Shown: positions 41,401 to 53,039 of the stretch, in pieces
How positions within the stretch are numbered: position 1 is the stretch's first letter
Layout: every line of letters starts with the position of its first letter
Source of the DNA: Felis catus
Taxonomy: Eukaryota
Reading direction: 5' to 3'
Assembly: GCF_018350175.1 (NCBI RefSeq)
Contig: NC_058368.1
Span: forward strand, 170,068,001 to 170,132,000
DNA length: 64,000 nucleotides
The notes under the pieces: generated by a model
Seen by the model: the letters and a program-made list of their open reading frames with translations, nothing else
Databases searched by the model: none
What the model was told of the DNA's origin: nothing
Position numbers and translations under genes: made by a program

Positions 41401-42320
41401 AGACAGGAAACCATCAAAACCCTAGAGGAGAAAGCAGGAAAAGACCTCTCTGACCTCAGCTGTAGCAATTTCTTACTTGACATATCTCCAAAGGCAAGGG
41501 AATTAAAAGCAAAAATGAACTACTGGGACCTTATGAAGATAAAAAGCTTCTGCACAGCAAAGGAAACAACCAACAAAACTAAAAGGCAACCCACGGAATG
41601 GGAAAAGATATTTGCAAATGACATATCAGACAAAGGGCTAGTATCCAAAATCTATAAAGAGCTCACCAAACTCCACACCTGAAAAACAAATAACCCTGTG
41701 AAGAAATGGGCAGAAAACATGAATAGACACTTGTCTAAAGAAGACATCCGGATGGCCAACAGGCACATGAAAAGATGCTCAACGTCGCTCCTCATCAGGG
41801 AAATACAAATCAAAACCACACTCACATATCACCTCACGCCGGTCAGAGTCACCAAAATGAACAAATCAGGAGACTATAGATGCTGGAGAGGATCTGGAGA
41901 AATGGGAACCCTGTTGCACTGTGGTGGGAATGCAAATTGGTGCAGCCACTCTGGAAAACAGTGGGGAGGTTCCTCAAAAAATTAAAAATAGACCTACCCT
42001 ATGACCCAGCAATATCACTGCTAGGAATTTACCCAAGGGATACAGGAGTACTGATGCATAGGGGCACTTGTACCCCAATGTTTATAGCAGCACTCTCAAC
42101 AATAGCCAAATTATGGAAAGAGCCTAAATGTCCATCAACTGATGAATGGATAAAGAAATTGTGGTTTATATACACAATGGAGTACTACGTGGCAATGAGA
42201 AAGAATGAAATATGGCCCTTTGTAGCAACGTGGATGGAACTGGAGAGTGTGATGCTAAGTGAAATAAGCCATACAGAGAAAGACAGATACCATATGTTTT
42301 CACTCTTCTGTGGATCCTGA
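38411..42320 (+). pseudogene. L1 ORF2p (APE endonuclease and reverse transcriptase), disrupted by frameshifts, stops and a 108-nt insertion
   Basis: '[11 protein letters not shown]', 'CCLQETH', 'GDFNTPL', 'SDHN', '[18 protein letters not shown]', 'FADDMI', '[11 protein letters not shown]'; stops at 39977 and 41680 (the sister copy has CGA at the latter). Confidence 0.96.
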
Positions 42321-42555
42321 GAAACTTAACAGGAACCCATGGCGGAGGGGAAGGAAAAAAAAAAAGAGGTTAGAGTGGGAGAGAGCCAAAGCATAAGAGA
42401 CTCTTAAAAACTGAGAACAAAGTGAGGTTTGATGGGGGGTGGGAGGGAGGGGAGGGTGGGTGATGGGTATTGAGGAGGGCACCTTTTTGGATGAGCACTG
42501 GGTTTTGTATGGAAACAAATTTGACAATAAACTTCATATATTGAAAAAATATGTA

Positions 42556-42749
42556 GGGGCGCCTGGGTGGCTCAGTCTGTTAAGCGTCCTACTCTTGGTT
42601 TCGGCTCAGGTCATGATCTCACTGTTCGTGAGTCTGAGCCCCCACATCACAGGCTCTGTGCTGACAGTGCAGAGTCTGTTTGGGATTATCTCTCTTTCCT
42701 CTCTCTGCCCCACCCCCATGTTCTTTCTCACTCTCTCAAATAAAAAACT
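42556..42749 (+). mobile_element. Can-SINE directly behind the L1 tail
   Basis: ggggcgcctgggtggctcagtc head, 'ggctcaggtcatgatctcac', CT region, aataaa. Confidence 0.94.
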
Positions 42750-42765
42750 TTAAAAAATTATTTAT

Positions 42766-44800
42766 GTAATTTGTAACAATAGATGAAGAAAACCAAATTA
42801 TTCAGTTCCAAGAGTAAAGCATTTTAAAACTCTGATCAAACAGTGAATTGAGGGGGGGACTTCTTAAACACTTAAGACTTTAGACAAATTTCTTTCTGAC
42901 TCAGAGAAAAATGTAAAGATGCTCATTATCACCACTTCTTTTCAAGATTACACAGACATCCTAGCCTAGATATAACTAAAGAAAAAAATAAGCATATACC
43001 TAATATTGTTATTTGCATGTGATGTATACATAGAAATACAAGTGAATCCACAAACTAGCTAGTAGCATAGACTGATCAATAGTTTTATGCTGTATCAATA
43101 AATTTTTCAAGAAATTTATATAATTACAGATCTAAATAAAATGGAGATCGCCAACATTCTCAGTTGATCTATAAACCCATTACAATGAAAATAAAATGTT
43201 AACAAGGCTACTTATAGTATTGGACAAATTCAACCTAAAATCTATAAAAAGTAAAGGATCAAGAATAGATAAAACCATGTTATTTATACATAAAAAAATA
43301 AAAAAGAAGATTTGCCCTGTCACACTGAAGGCTCATTTTAAAGCTATAACCATTAAAGCAGTGAGAAATTGGAACAGAAACAGAAAAACAGACCAAATAG
43401 AGAAACAGATTATATGTGTATGGTATATGACATAACATTACAAATCTGTTGCAAAGAATAGACTATTCAGTAAAAGAACATCAGGACAATTTGTGTTCCA
43501 AGAGGGAAAATGATAATAATAGATCCCTACCTTTTACTATGCACAAAAATAAAATATTCCAGATGGGTTAAAGAACACACTGAGAAAAACAAAATGTTAG
43601 AGGTTTCTCAAGAAAATAAGGGAAAATAGTTTTAGGGTATCAAGATAGGGAAGAATTTTTTAATAAGATACAAAAATGCAGAATACTTAAAGGAAATTGT
43701 AAATTCAATACACTAAACAATTTTCATACATCAAAACACATTTAAAGAAAATGAAAAAAAATATCTATTTTGGGAAAAATCTGGGCAACACTTAAATTTA
43801 AAAATCAAATTAATGAGAAAAATTCAAACAACAGTAGGAAAAAAATAGCACAGGGTATGGTCAGGTATTTCAAAATAGCCAGTCAACCTTATTAAGAGAT
43901 GTACAACTGTATGGGGCGCCTGGGTGGCGCAGTCGGTTAAGCGTCCGACTTCAGCCAGGTCACGATCTCGCGGTCCGTGAGTTCGAGCCCCGCGTCGGGC
44001 GCTGGGCTGATGGCTCGGAGCCTGGAGCCTGTTTCCGATTCTGTGTCTCCCTCTCTCTCTGCCCCTCCCCCGTTCATGCTCTGTCTCTCTCTGTCCCAAA
44101 AATAAATAAGCGTTGAAAAAAAAATTAAAAAAAAAAAAAGAGATGTACAACTGTAGGAGAAGAGAATGAAAATCAAAGCAACAATGGGACACTATTTCAC
44201 ATACTGATGATGAAACTTAAATCTCTTTAAGTTTTGGAAAAATTTTGGACTATCAGGAATTCTTACACTTAGCTCTATAAATTATGTAATGATTTGGAGA
44301 ACAATTTGGCAATAGCTAGCAAAGTTTAATATGCACACATGTGTGACTCAACAATTCCTTTTCTGGGTATGAATCTCTTGGAAGCTCTTTTTCATGTTCC
44401 CAAGGAAACATGAGCTAGAATATTCATTCTAACACTATAAATGAAAAATTTAAAAAGTTGGAATTACCTAATTATCCATTTGTAGCAGAAAGATGATCTG
44501 AGTTTTAATATTACATTTGTATAGTAGACAGCAGTGAATTAGATACAACCATCAGCATAGGTAGTTTTAAAATACATAACGTTGTGGGGAAAAAATTGCC
44601 ACATCAGTGAACTTCAGAACCGCAATTCTAAGTAAAAAGGCATGCAAACGAAAGACATTAGAAAAATTTAATAAAAATTTAAAACACTGAAAACAATTGC
44701 TTACTGATATATCTAGAATATGTACCTGGACACAAATGACACCCTGAAATCTTAGAATAGTGATTACTTCTAAAAAGAGAGTGAAGATACATGGAAAGAG
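42766..44800 (+). mobile_element. Ancient L1M ORF2/3' fragments (host of the young L1 and SINEs)
   Basis: 'HFKAITIKAVRNW.RNRKTDQ' resembles ORF2 'YYKA.VIKT.WYW.KNR..DQ'; 'gactcaacaattccttttctgggtat'. Confidence 0.7.
43913..44137 (+). mobile_element. Young feline SINE (SINEC_Fc-like)
   Basis: CpG-intact body; perfect 18-bp TSD aagagatgtacaactgta (43894-43911, 44138-44155). Confidence 0.98.
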
Positions 44801-45474
44801 GTGTGAAAATGTATTGGCAACTATAGTTGGTTTATCAAAAAATAGACAAAGAGAGAAAAAGAATATGAGCAAAGTAAGGAAATATGGAAAGAGCTCATGT
44901 CTCTTAAAACATATCCATGTATGTTCCATTATTTTTGTTATTTGGTTCATGTTGATAACTTTTATTTTCAATTGTATCAAAACATAAGACTCAAGTATAA
45001 AATATAAACCATATGAAGGTAAAAAGGCCATTCAAATTCTGATACTAAAGACAGAAAAACATACAAGATAATACTGACTCATTTGACTATAGAAAAATTG
45101 AAAATTAGGTAAAATGTTTGCATGGTTAAAACAAAAGAAAAGAAATTTAAACATAAATGATTATTGGGAGCATGTAATACCAACATATAGGAAAAAGTAT
45201 TAAACTTTTTAATATATCAAAAGAGTTGTGACTCAGAAAAAAGTATAGACTATTTTTTTAAATGGGCAAAAGAAGGCAACTGTGGCCAATAACATTAGAA
45301 AATGAAAACATTGTGGCAAATAAATTAGCAAAACATTGCACCTTCAACTCAATAATAACCGGAGTTAATAATAATGCAAATTATAACAATTTATAATTAA
45401 CATTATGTAGTATTTTCCACTTTGGAAAATACCCCAAAAAGTTTATAACACATGTATTAAAAGTTAATGATAAA

Positions 45475-46763
45475 ACTGGAATCAAACTACAAAAGATCAT
45501 GAATAGCCAAAGCAATCTTGAAAAAGAAAAAAACTGGTGGTGTCACAATTTCAGACTTCAGATTATATTGCAAAGCTATAGTAATCAAAACAGTACGGTA
45601 CTGGCACAAATACAGACACACAGATAAACAGAAGAGAACAGAATGCCCAGAAATGAACCCGTAATTATATGGTCAGTTAATCTTTGACACAGGAGGCAAG
45701 AATATATAATGAGATAAAGTCTTTTCAACAAATGGGGTTGGAAAACTGCACAGCAACATGTGAAAGAAAGAAACTAGACCACTTTCTTACAACATACAAT
45801 AAACTCAAAATGGATTAAGGACCTAAATGTGAGACCTGAAACCATAAAAATCCTAGAAAAGAGCATAGGCAGTAATTTCTCTGACATTGGCCATAGCAAC
45901 ATTTTTTCAAGATAGGTCTCCTGAGGCAAGGGAAACAAAAGCAAAAATAAACTATTGGCTTCTGCATGAAAATAAAAAGCTTCTGCATTTCAAAGGAAAC
46001 AATCAACAAAACTAAAATGCAACCTGCTGAATGAGAAAAGGTATCTGTAAATGATATAGCCAATAATGGATTAGTATCTAAAATGTATAAAGAATTTATA
46101 CAAGTCAACACCCCCAAATCAAATAATCCAATGAGAAAATGGGTAGAAGACATGAACAGACATTTCTCCAAAGATGACTTTCAGATGGTCATCGACCCAT
46201 GAAAAGATGCTCAACATCACTATCATCAGAGAAATGCAAATCAAAACCATAATGAAATATCACCTCATACCTGTAATAATGGCTGAAATAAAACACAAGA
46301 AGCAAGAAGTGTTGGCAAGGATATGGAGAAATAGGAACCCTCATGCACTGTTAGTGGGAATACAAACTTGTACAGCCACTGTGGAAGATAGTACGGAGGT
46401 TCCTCAAAAAATTAAAAATAGAACTACCCTCTGATTCAGTCATGGCACTACTGAGTATTTACCCAATGAATATAAAAATACTATATCAAAGGGATACATG
46501 TATCCCTATGTTTATTACATAATTATTTACAATAGCCAAATTATGGAAGCAAACTAAGTGTCCATCAATAGATGAATGGATAAAGAAGGTGTGATATACA
46601 TATACATACACATACACAATGTAATATTGTTCAGTCATAAAAAAAGAATGAAGTCTTGCTATTTGCAACAACATGGATGGATCTAGAGAGTATAATGCTA
46701 AGTGAAATAAGACAGAGAAAGATGAATACCATAAGACTTCAGTCATATTTGGAATTTATAAAC
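45475..46763 (+). mobile_element. Carnivore L1 ORF2 3' fragment, truncated at both ends
   Basis: 'gaatagccaaagcaatcttg', 'atcaaaacagtacggtactggcacaaa', '[16 protein letters not shown]'; stops at the ORF2 end with no 3'UTR or poly(A). Confidence 0.9.
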
Positions 46764-46995
46764 TAGTAAAGACTTTTTAATGGTGGTTTGGAAGTACTTA
46801 ACAACACCCATTAAAATATATGTACCTTCTGATTCTACCCATTCATGCTTATGCACTTAATCTAAGTAATAAAGATGGATATTCACTAATTATTCATTGT
46901 AAGGGTACTAACTTCAACAAACACTAGTTTAAACATGAATAAATTTAAAATAATATAAACGTCCAACAACAGGGAAATTAAAAATATACGTAACT

Positions 46996-47223
46996 GGGGC
47001 GCCTGGGTGGCGCAGTCAGTTAAGCGTCCGGCTTCAGCCAGGTCACTATCTCGCGGTCCGTGAGTTTGAGCCCCGCGTCAGGCTCTGGGCTGATGGCTCG
47101 GAGCCTGGAGCCTGTTTCAGATTCTGTGTCTCCCTCTCTCTCTGCCCCTCCCCCATTCATGCTCTGTCTCTCTCTGTCCCAAAATAAATAAAAACGTTGA
47201 GAAAAAAAAATTAAAAAAAAAAT
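46996..47223 (+). mobile_element. Young feline SINE (SINEC_Fc-like)
   Basis: Canonical body; TSD atatacgtaact on both sides. Confidence 0.97.
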
Positions 47224-47567
47224 ATATACGTAACTATTCAATGGATTACTTTGAAATAAAAATGGTGCTGCAAAAAATCTTACTATGATACATCAGTAAG
47301 AGAAGACCAAGTTGCAAAACTCTCAAACAGTATGCCAAATACAGTTCCATTTTGTGTGTAGATTTATGATGTGTATAATTAATTGTATATGTTTAATACC
47401 ACGTCTCATATATGGCTTATGTGTGTTCATACTGTTGAAATAGCAGAGTTGTATAGTGTACAGGCAAATACCTCTTTAATCTCCCCTAGCCTGCCCTTTT
47501 CCACCTGGTTTTTAGTTGAAGTCAGTTTTTGGTATATCTTGGATAAAATCTAGGTCAGGCCAGATGG

Positions 47568-47613
47568 TCACTCAGTTACTTGATCACTCAGTTACTATGC
47601 TCACTCAGTTACT
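47568..47613. repeat. Three copies of tcactcagttact with 3-4 nt spacers
   Basis: Copies at 47568, 47584 and 47601. Confidence 0.9.
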
Positions 47614-47763
47614 TTTGTTATAATTTCATTTAAATACTTGAAACAAGTGATGTGTAATGGATAAGCTTCATTTTAGATTAATATTTCTATCCTCCTCCAG
47701 TGTGGCAAAAGTGCTGTCAGCAGAGAACATGAGTGACTTCTTTTTACTCCAAAAGCTCTTCCA

Positions 47764-48660
47764 AGCTCACCAAACTCCACACCCGAAAAACAAATAACCC
47801 AGTGAAGAAATGGGCAGAAAACATGAATAGACACTTCTCTAAAGAAGACATCCGGATGGCCAACAGGCACATGAAAAGATGCTCAACGTCGCTCCTCATC
47901 AGGGAAATACAAATCAAAACCACACTCAGATATCACATCACGCTAGTCAGAGTGGCCAAAATGAACAAATCAGCAGACTATAGATGCTGGAGAGGATCTG
48001 GAGAAATGGGAACCCTCTTGCACTGTTGGTGGGAATGCAAACTGGTGCAGCCACTCTGGAAAACAGTGGGGAGGTTCCTCAAAAAATTAAAAATAGACCT
48101 ACCCTATGACCCAGCAATAGCACTGCTAGGAATTTACCCAAGGGATACAGGAGTACTGATGCATAGGGGCACTTGTACCCCAATGTTTATAGCAGCACTC
48201 TCAACAATAGCCAAATTATGGAAAGAGCCTAAATGTCCATCAACTGATGAATGGATAAAGAAATTGTGGTTTATATACACAATGGAGTACTACGTGGCAA
48301 TGAGAAAGAATGAAATATGGCCCTTTGTAGCAACGTGGATGGAACTGGAGAGTGTGATGCTAAGTGAAATAAGCCATACAGAGAAAGACAGATACCATAT
48401 GTGTTCACTCTTCTGTGGATCCTGAGAAACTTAACAGAAACCTATGGAGGAGGGGAAGGAAAAAAAAAAAGAGGTTAGAGTGGGAGAGAGCCAAAGCATA
48501 AGAGACTCTTAAAAACTGAGAACAAAGTGAGGTTTGATGGGGGGTGGGAGGGAGGGGAGGGTGGGTGATGGGTATTGAGGAGGGCACCTTTTGGGATGAG
48601 CACTGGGTGTTGTATGGAAACCAACTGGACAATAAATTTCATATATTGAAAAAAAAAATA
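47764..48660 (+). mobile_element. 5'-truncated young feline L1 (ORF2 C-terminus and 3'UTR)
   Basis: Aligns to 41660-42549 with about 24 differences by hand count; perfect 13-bp TSD aaaagctcttcca (47751-47763, 48661-48673); A tail. Confidence 0.98.
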
Positions 48661-49552
48661 AAAAGCTCTTCCACCTGCTAGCCCTGACTTCTGATCTTGC
48701 CAGGGCACCAAGAGAAGGAAGTTGGTGAAGTAAGGAGATGTTTAGAGCAGAAATGGTTTCCACTGCCTACCACTATCATGATATGGCGTTACCATTCTCT
48801 GGGCCTGACACATGCCTTATGTATGCTTCCTGGGGATTTCTTAGCAGGAATGTGACCTACGCCTTTTCAATCCAGCCACTCACTGCTCCCCTCAGCTATT
48901 GATGTCCTACAGTCCCTCCATTCTGTTTGCTACCAATGTTTCTCACTCCCAGTGAGTCCATATCTTGACCATGAAAAACACCCATGTATTCTTTTGGCTT
49001 TACACAGAGTGCTGAGTATTTCAAAAGAGCCATTTCTCTAGAACACCAAGCTCACAGGCCAGATTTCTACACATGGCATCTTCCTTGGCTAGAGGTGAAG
49101 AAGAGTCTCTCCTGAGAAGGCAGACACAGAACACAACATTCTCCAAAAGAATTATCTCCCTTGGACTCTTCAGAAAGGAACACTTTTATATGATGCACCC
49201 TTAGTAACAATGGTTGGCAGCTAATCATAATCAAACCAGTTCTTCAGCTATTCCTCAAGAAGTCCTGTATAGGTAACCAAACAGTTCACTTTAGCATGTG
49301 GGTACTTGCTGTCATTGTGCATCCTTTCGGTGCCTTGATCCATCTGAGACAGAAATAAACTCATTTCCACATTTATATGGGTTTAATGTATGCACGTCTT
49401 TAAGATACATAAACATTAGGATGTTTATTTAACACGTTATCAGTAGTTATCACTAGGAACTAGAATTGTAATGACTGTTGCTTTCTTTTCTTGTGTCTTT
49501 TTTTTTACCTCGATTTTCTCCTTTTCCCACAACACACATATATTACTTAACC

Positions 49553-49735
49553 ATTTTCTTATTTTTGGGGAGAGTGGGGAGGGGCAGAGAGAAGGAGACA
49601 GAGGATCTGAAGCGGGCTTTAAGCTGACAGGCTGACAGCAGCGAGCCCAATGTGGGACTTGACTCACTAACCACGAGATCATGCCCTGAGCCGAAGTCAG
49701 ATAGATGCTCAACCAACTGAGCCACCTAGGTGCCC
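49553..49735 (-). mobile_element. Can-SINE (older)
   Basis: 'cagaggatctgaagcgggct', 'gagatcatgccctgagccgaagtcaga', 'gagccacctaggtgccc'; flanking ttacttaa repeats. Confidence 0.92.
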
Positions 49736-50699
49736 TTACTTAAATTTTTTTTTTAATTTTCTTGTTAAGCTTAAAATATAGGTATTTTCTGGTGATGGGA
49801 AAAAATCTCTGAAGATTGAATACAAATTTGTGCTCAAAGAACAATGGTGCAGAAAATGAATAATGTAAACACATTTCCTAGCTTGCCCCCAAACTACCTT
49901 GTATTTCCAGTCTGGTTGAAAATGAGTATGTCAAACATTCATAGCTCTAACTTTGCCTCTGAAACTCAGACTGGCAACTAGATGGATGTTTAATAAGGAA
50001 GTATGCACAAAACCCCACCTGGATTTCAAGACAGTATAATTTTATTTCCTTTCTATTTTCTGCTCAATGTTTTTGGCTGGTAGCCATGTAATAAAATCTT
50101 TCTTAAATCTGTTTGGTGGTCATATTTTAGGAGCTAGTTTTAAGAGCTCCTAAAGGATGATATTCCTAAGGTATCTTCTGTCCTAATTGAGAGTTTTTCT
50201 CATCAGCAATAAGCTCAGGTATAAAATATCTAAATTACAGCTCTAAATTAATAAGTGACTTACAGATTATTTCATCCTTACATCCATCTATCCATCCATC
50301 CAATTATCCATTTATTTCCCTAATATTTATAGAGTGAGGCCCTGTGCTAGGTATGAAGTGAATGCATTACATACTTATATAAATCATTGTCTTTTATCTC
50401 AAAGAACTTATTCCTTGTAGGAAAAATAAGACATAGAAGGAATTCAACACACAGAGAAATACTTTATCAATGTAAGAGTATAGCATAATGATATACTTGG
50501 GGTTGTGGTCAAAAGTTTAGAAGAATAAAAGTGACAAATAGTCCTTTCAACAAATAATTTTTTTTCATGTTTTTTGAAGATCATATATTGTTATGGCTTT
50601 ACTGCTAACTTTCTAGCTGGTGTTGGCAACCTATTTTCACTCAATGTTTCAGGTTTTTTTAATGGAAAATATTAAAATTCAAAGAAAATCTTATTAGTA

Positions 50700-51074
50700 T
50701 GTATTAAAAGCTGAACTGTGTCTCCCAAATTCATATGTTGAAGTCCTAACCCCTGGTACCTCAGAAGGTGACTATAATTGAAGGTCAGGCCTTTAAAAGG
50801 ATAATTAAGGTTAAACGAGGTCATATAGGTAAGCCCTAATCTGATCTCACTAGTATCCTTATGAAAAGAGGAAATTGAAATTTATGAAAAGACATGAGGA
50901 ATATCCATGCACAGAGAGGTCCCAAAGAAAAAGCAGGTCCCAAAGAGAAGGCAGCCACTTACAAGCCAAAAACAGAGATTTCAGGAGAAACCTTACCTTG
51001 CTCTTAGACTTTTAGCCTCTGGAAATGCCCCAGTCTGTGGTATTTTGTTATGGAAGCCATAGCAGACTAATACA
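50700..51074 (+). mobile_element. MaLR solo LTR (MLT1A0/MLT1B-like)
   Basis: 'ctgaactgtgtctcccaaattcatatgttgaagtcctaacccctggtacctcagaa', ends 'gtggtattttgttatggaagccatagcagactaataca'. Confidence 0.88.
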
Positions 51075-53039
51075 ATATGTGATCATAAAAAAATAGAGTC
51101 ATAAAAAAATTAGCGTAGAAATTTATTTTTCCCAGGTTGTAATGAAAACCTAATGACAAGAGTATGAAAAATGTAATGAAAGACTATCTCAACTCTACCA
51201 GCATTTTCCAGATGTCATTCTTACTGCACTTGTGGCCATTCTCACTTTTTTTCCTGAATGGCCTGAAGGATATATGTGCTTGATGATTTGCATTTTTATA
51301 AAAAATACAGCTTTTCATTTACCTTAATTTTGTATTTTGAAGACTGAGCTTTTAACTTTCAGATTTTTGGCCTTGTAGCAACAAGAGATGAAGGATGCTA
51401 ACATAGATAGCCTTAGAAAAACAAAATTCACATTTTTTAGACAGTCAACAAACAGGACAAAAAGGTATGGACAATCAGATCTGCCTTTGTACTATTTGGG
51501 CTCCACTTAAAAAATTGCAAAAGGTTCTTAAAGCAAACCTTAGACCTGTTTCAGATGTTAAAGATAAGTATTTACAAATGAAACATAATACTCTAAACAC
51601 ATTCAATGGAATACATCCAACTATTTTGGCATTAAGGTATTTCTACAATACTTTTACAATTTCTTTTCTACAAAAGAAAGCAAGAAATTTTCCATTTTCC
51701 ACTAAAAAATAATGGTTGGTTTGGCTTAGATGTTTGAGCTTCCATAAGAAGTCAAAGCTATCTTGCACAATGGGTCTTTGTATTATTTTTTTATTTTTTC
51801 ATTTTTTTTACATATTATAGTAATATTTAGAAATATGGAATGATGCTATAGTCTAATGATATCAACTGTTACTTAGCAATCACTCAAAATAACAAAACTA
51901 GTTTTGTAAATGCCTTAGTAAAGCACTCTGAGAAGGAGTTCAACTTGGTGTAATTGTGGGGGTTTTTTTGCTCAAATAATTGTATTTAATTATTATGCTT
52001 TGCCTGTCAGCAAGTTGAAATGTGGAACTATAACATTAACAGGACTATTACATAAACTTTTTGAGTATGTCAATCATACTGTCCCTCAACTGTTCTATTA
52101 ACTATTACTTTTTTAAGAAGAACCAAGCTCCAGCTAGTCAGAAACCTCTATTTCCCCTCAACTTGAAAGTTAAATTTCCTAGAACAGCTGTATTTTCTTT
52201 AATAAATTGCCTACAAGAATACAACAATTTCATAATGATGATAAACCACTGTCAATTTACTACATCAACATATATCAAATCAATTGATTAAATCTACACA
52301 CTCATCTTGTATAATAGAAATACAATCACTGCAATAAAACACTGTCATGGGATTAATGTCTTCTACTCTGAAAATGTAAGTCTTGCCTTTGGCTTGGTAT
52401 TTTATGAAGCAGCAGGAGACCATTATCCTGTAACAACATTTTATTTCATTGACATCTCAAATATTCTTAATATCCTTTATATTTATGTTCAGTTTAGAAT
52501 GAGAGGGTTAGAATAGGTGTTATTATAGTGGAAAGGCATTCATTATTACATTCTGAATAGCATCACCATGTGACATGTCTCAGCCATAAGAATCTCCTGG
52601 CAAACATCACATCTTTTATTCTTATGTATATTCTTTAATCACACTAAAGCTGACTATATCCCATGCTATGATTTTTTTCCTGTGTCAATCATCAACATTG
52701 ACCCAATTTTGCTACTATATGGTGCCCACTCTAATTTATACTCTGAAAATCAATCTGATTACTAAAATGTTAACGAAATATTAAAAGAGCAAGTTTTCTT
52801 ATGTTGAGTCAAAACAAAAAGGATAAATTCAAATTCTGACTCTACTTTAAATAGATTTCTTCCTTTCATTTTGAAATCACTGCCCTCAGCACTTTTCCAC
52901 ACTCTGAATTCTAAGGATTTGCCTATGCATGTAAAATACAGAATTGCAATAATTATCCTTATAACTCAGACTAAGAGAAACACAACTTCATCTGAAATAT
53001 CTAGGCAACTGGGGCCATTTTTTGGCTTGGGTTATCCAG

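Larger units (their letters stand above)
36541..42549 (+). mobile_element. Full-length young feline LINE-1 (L1_Fc-like), inactivated
   Basis: CpG-rich 5'UTR, ORF1, ORF2 (EN, RT, C-terminal region), G-rich 3'UTR, aataaa and short A tail; inserted into an older L1M ORF2 that resumes at ~42766. Confidence 0.98.

Noticed and set aside
38357..42320. Active, retrotransposition-competent L1
   Set aside because: ORF1 frameshift near 38180; ORF2 broken at ~39977, ~40610, ~41680 and elsewhere
47568..47613. CRISPR-like repeat-spacer array
   Set aside because: Spacers are only 3-4 nt, the context is mammalian, and there are no cas genes
47733..48425. 230-aa ORF as a chimeric new gene
   Set aside because: It is the ORF2 C-terminus of a truncated L1 with a chance upstream non-ATG start in flanking DNA
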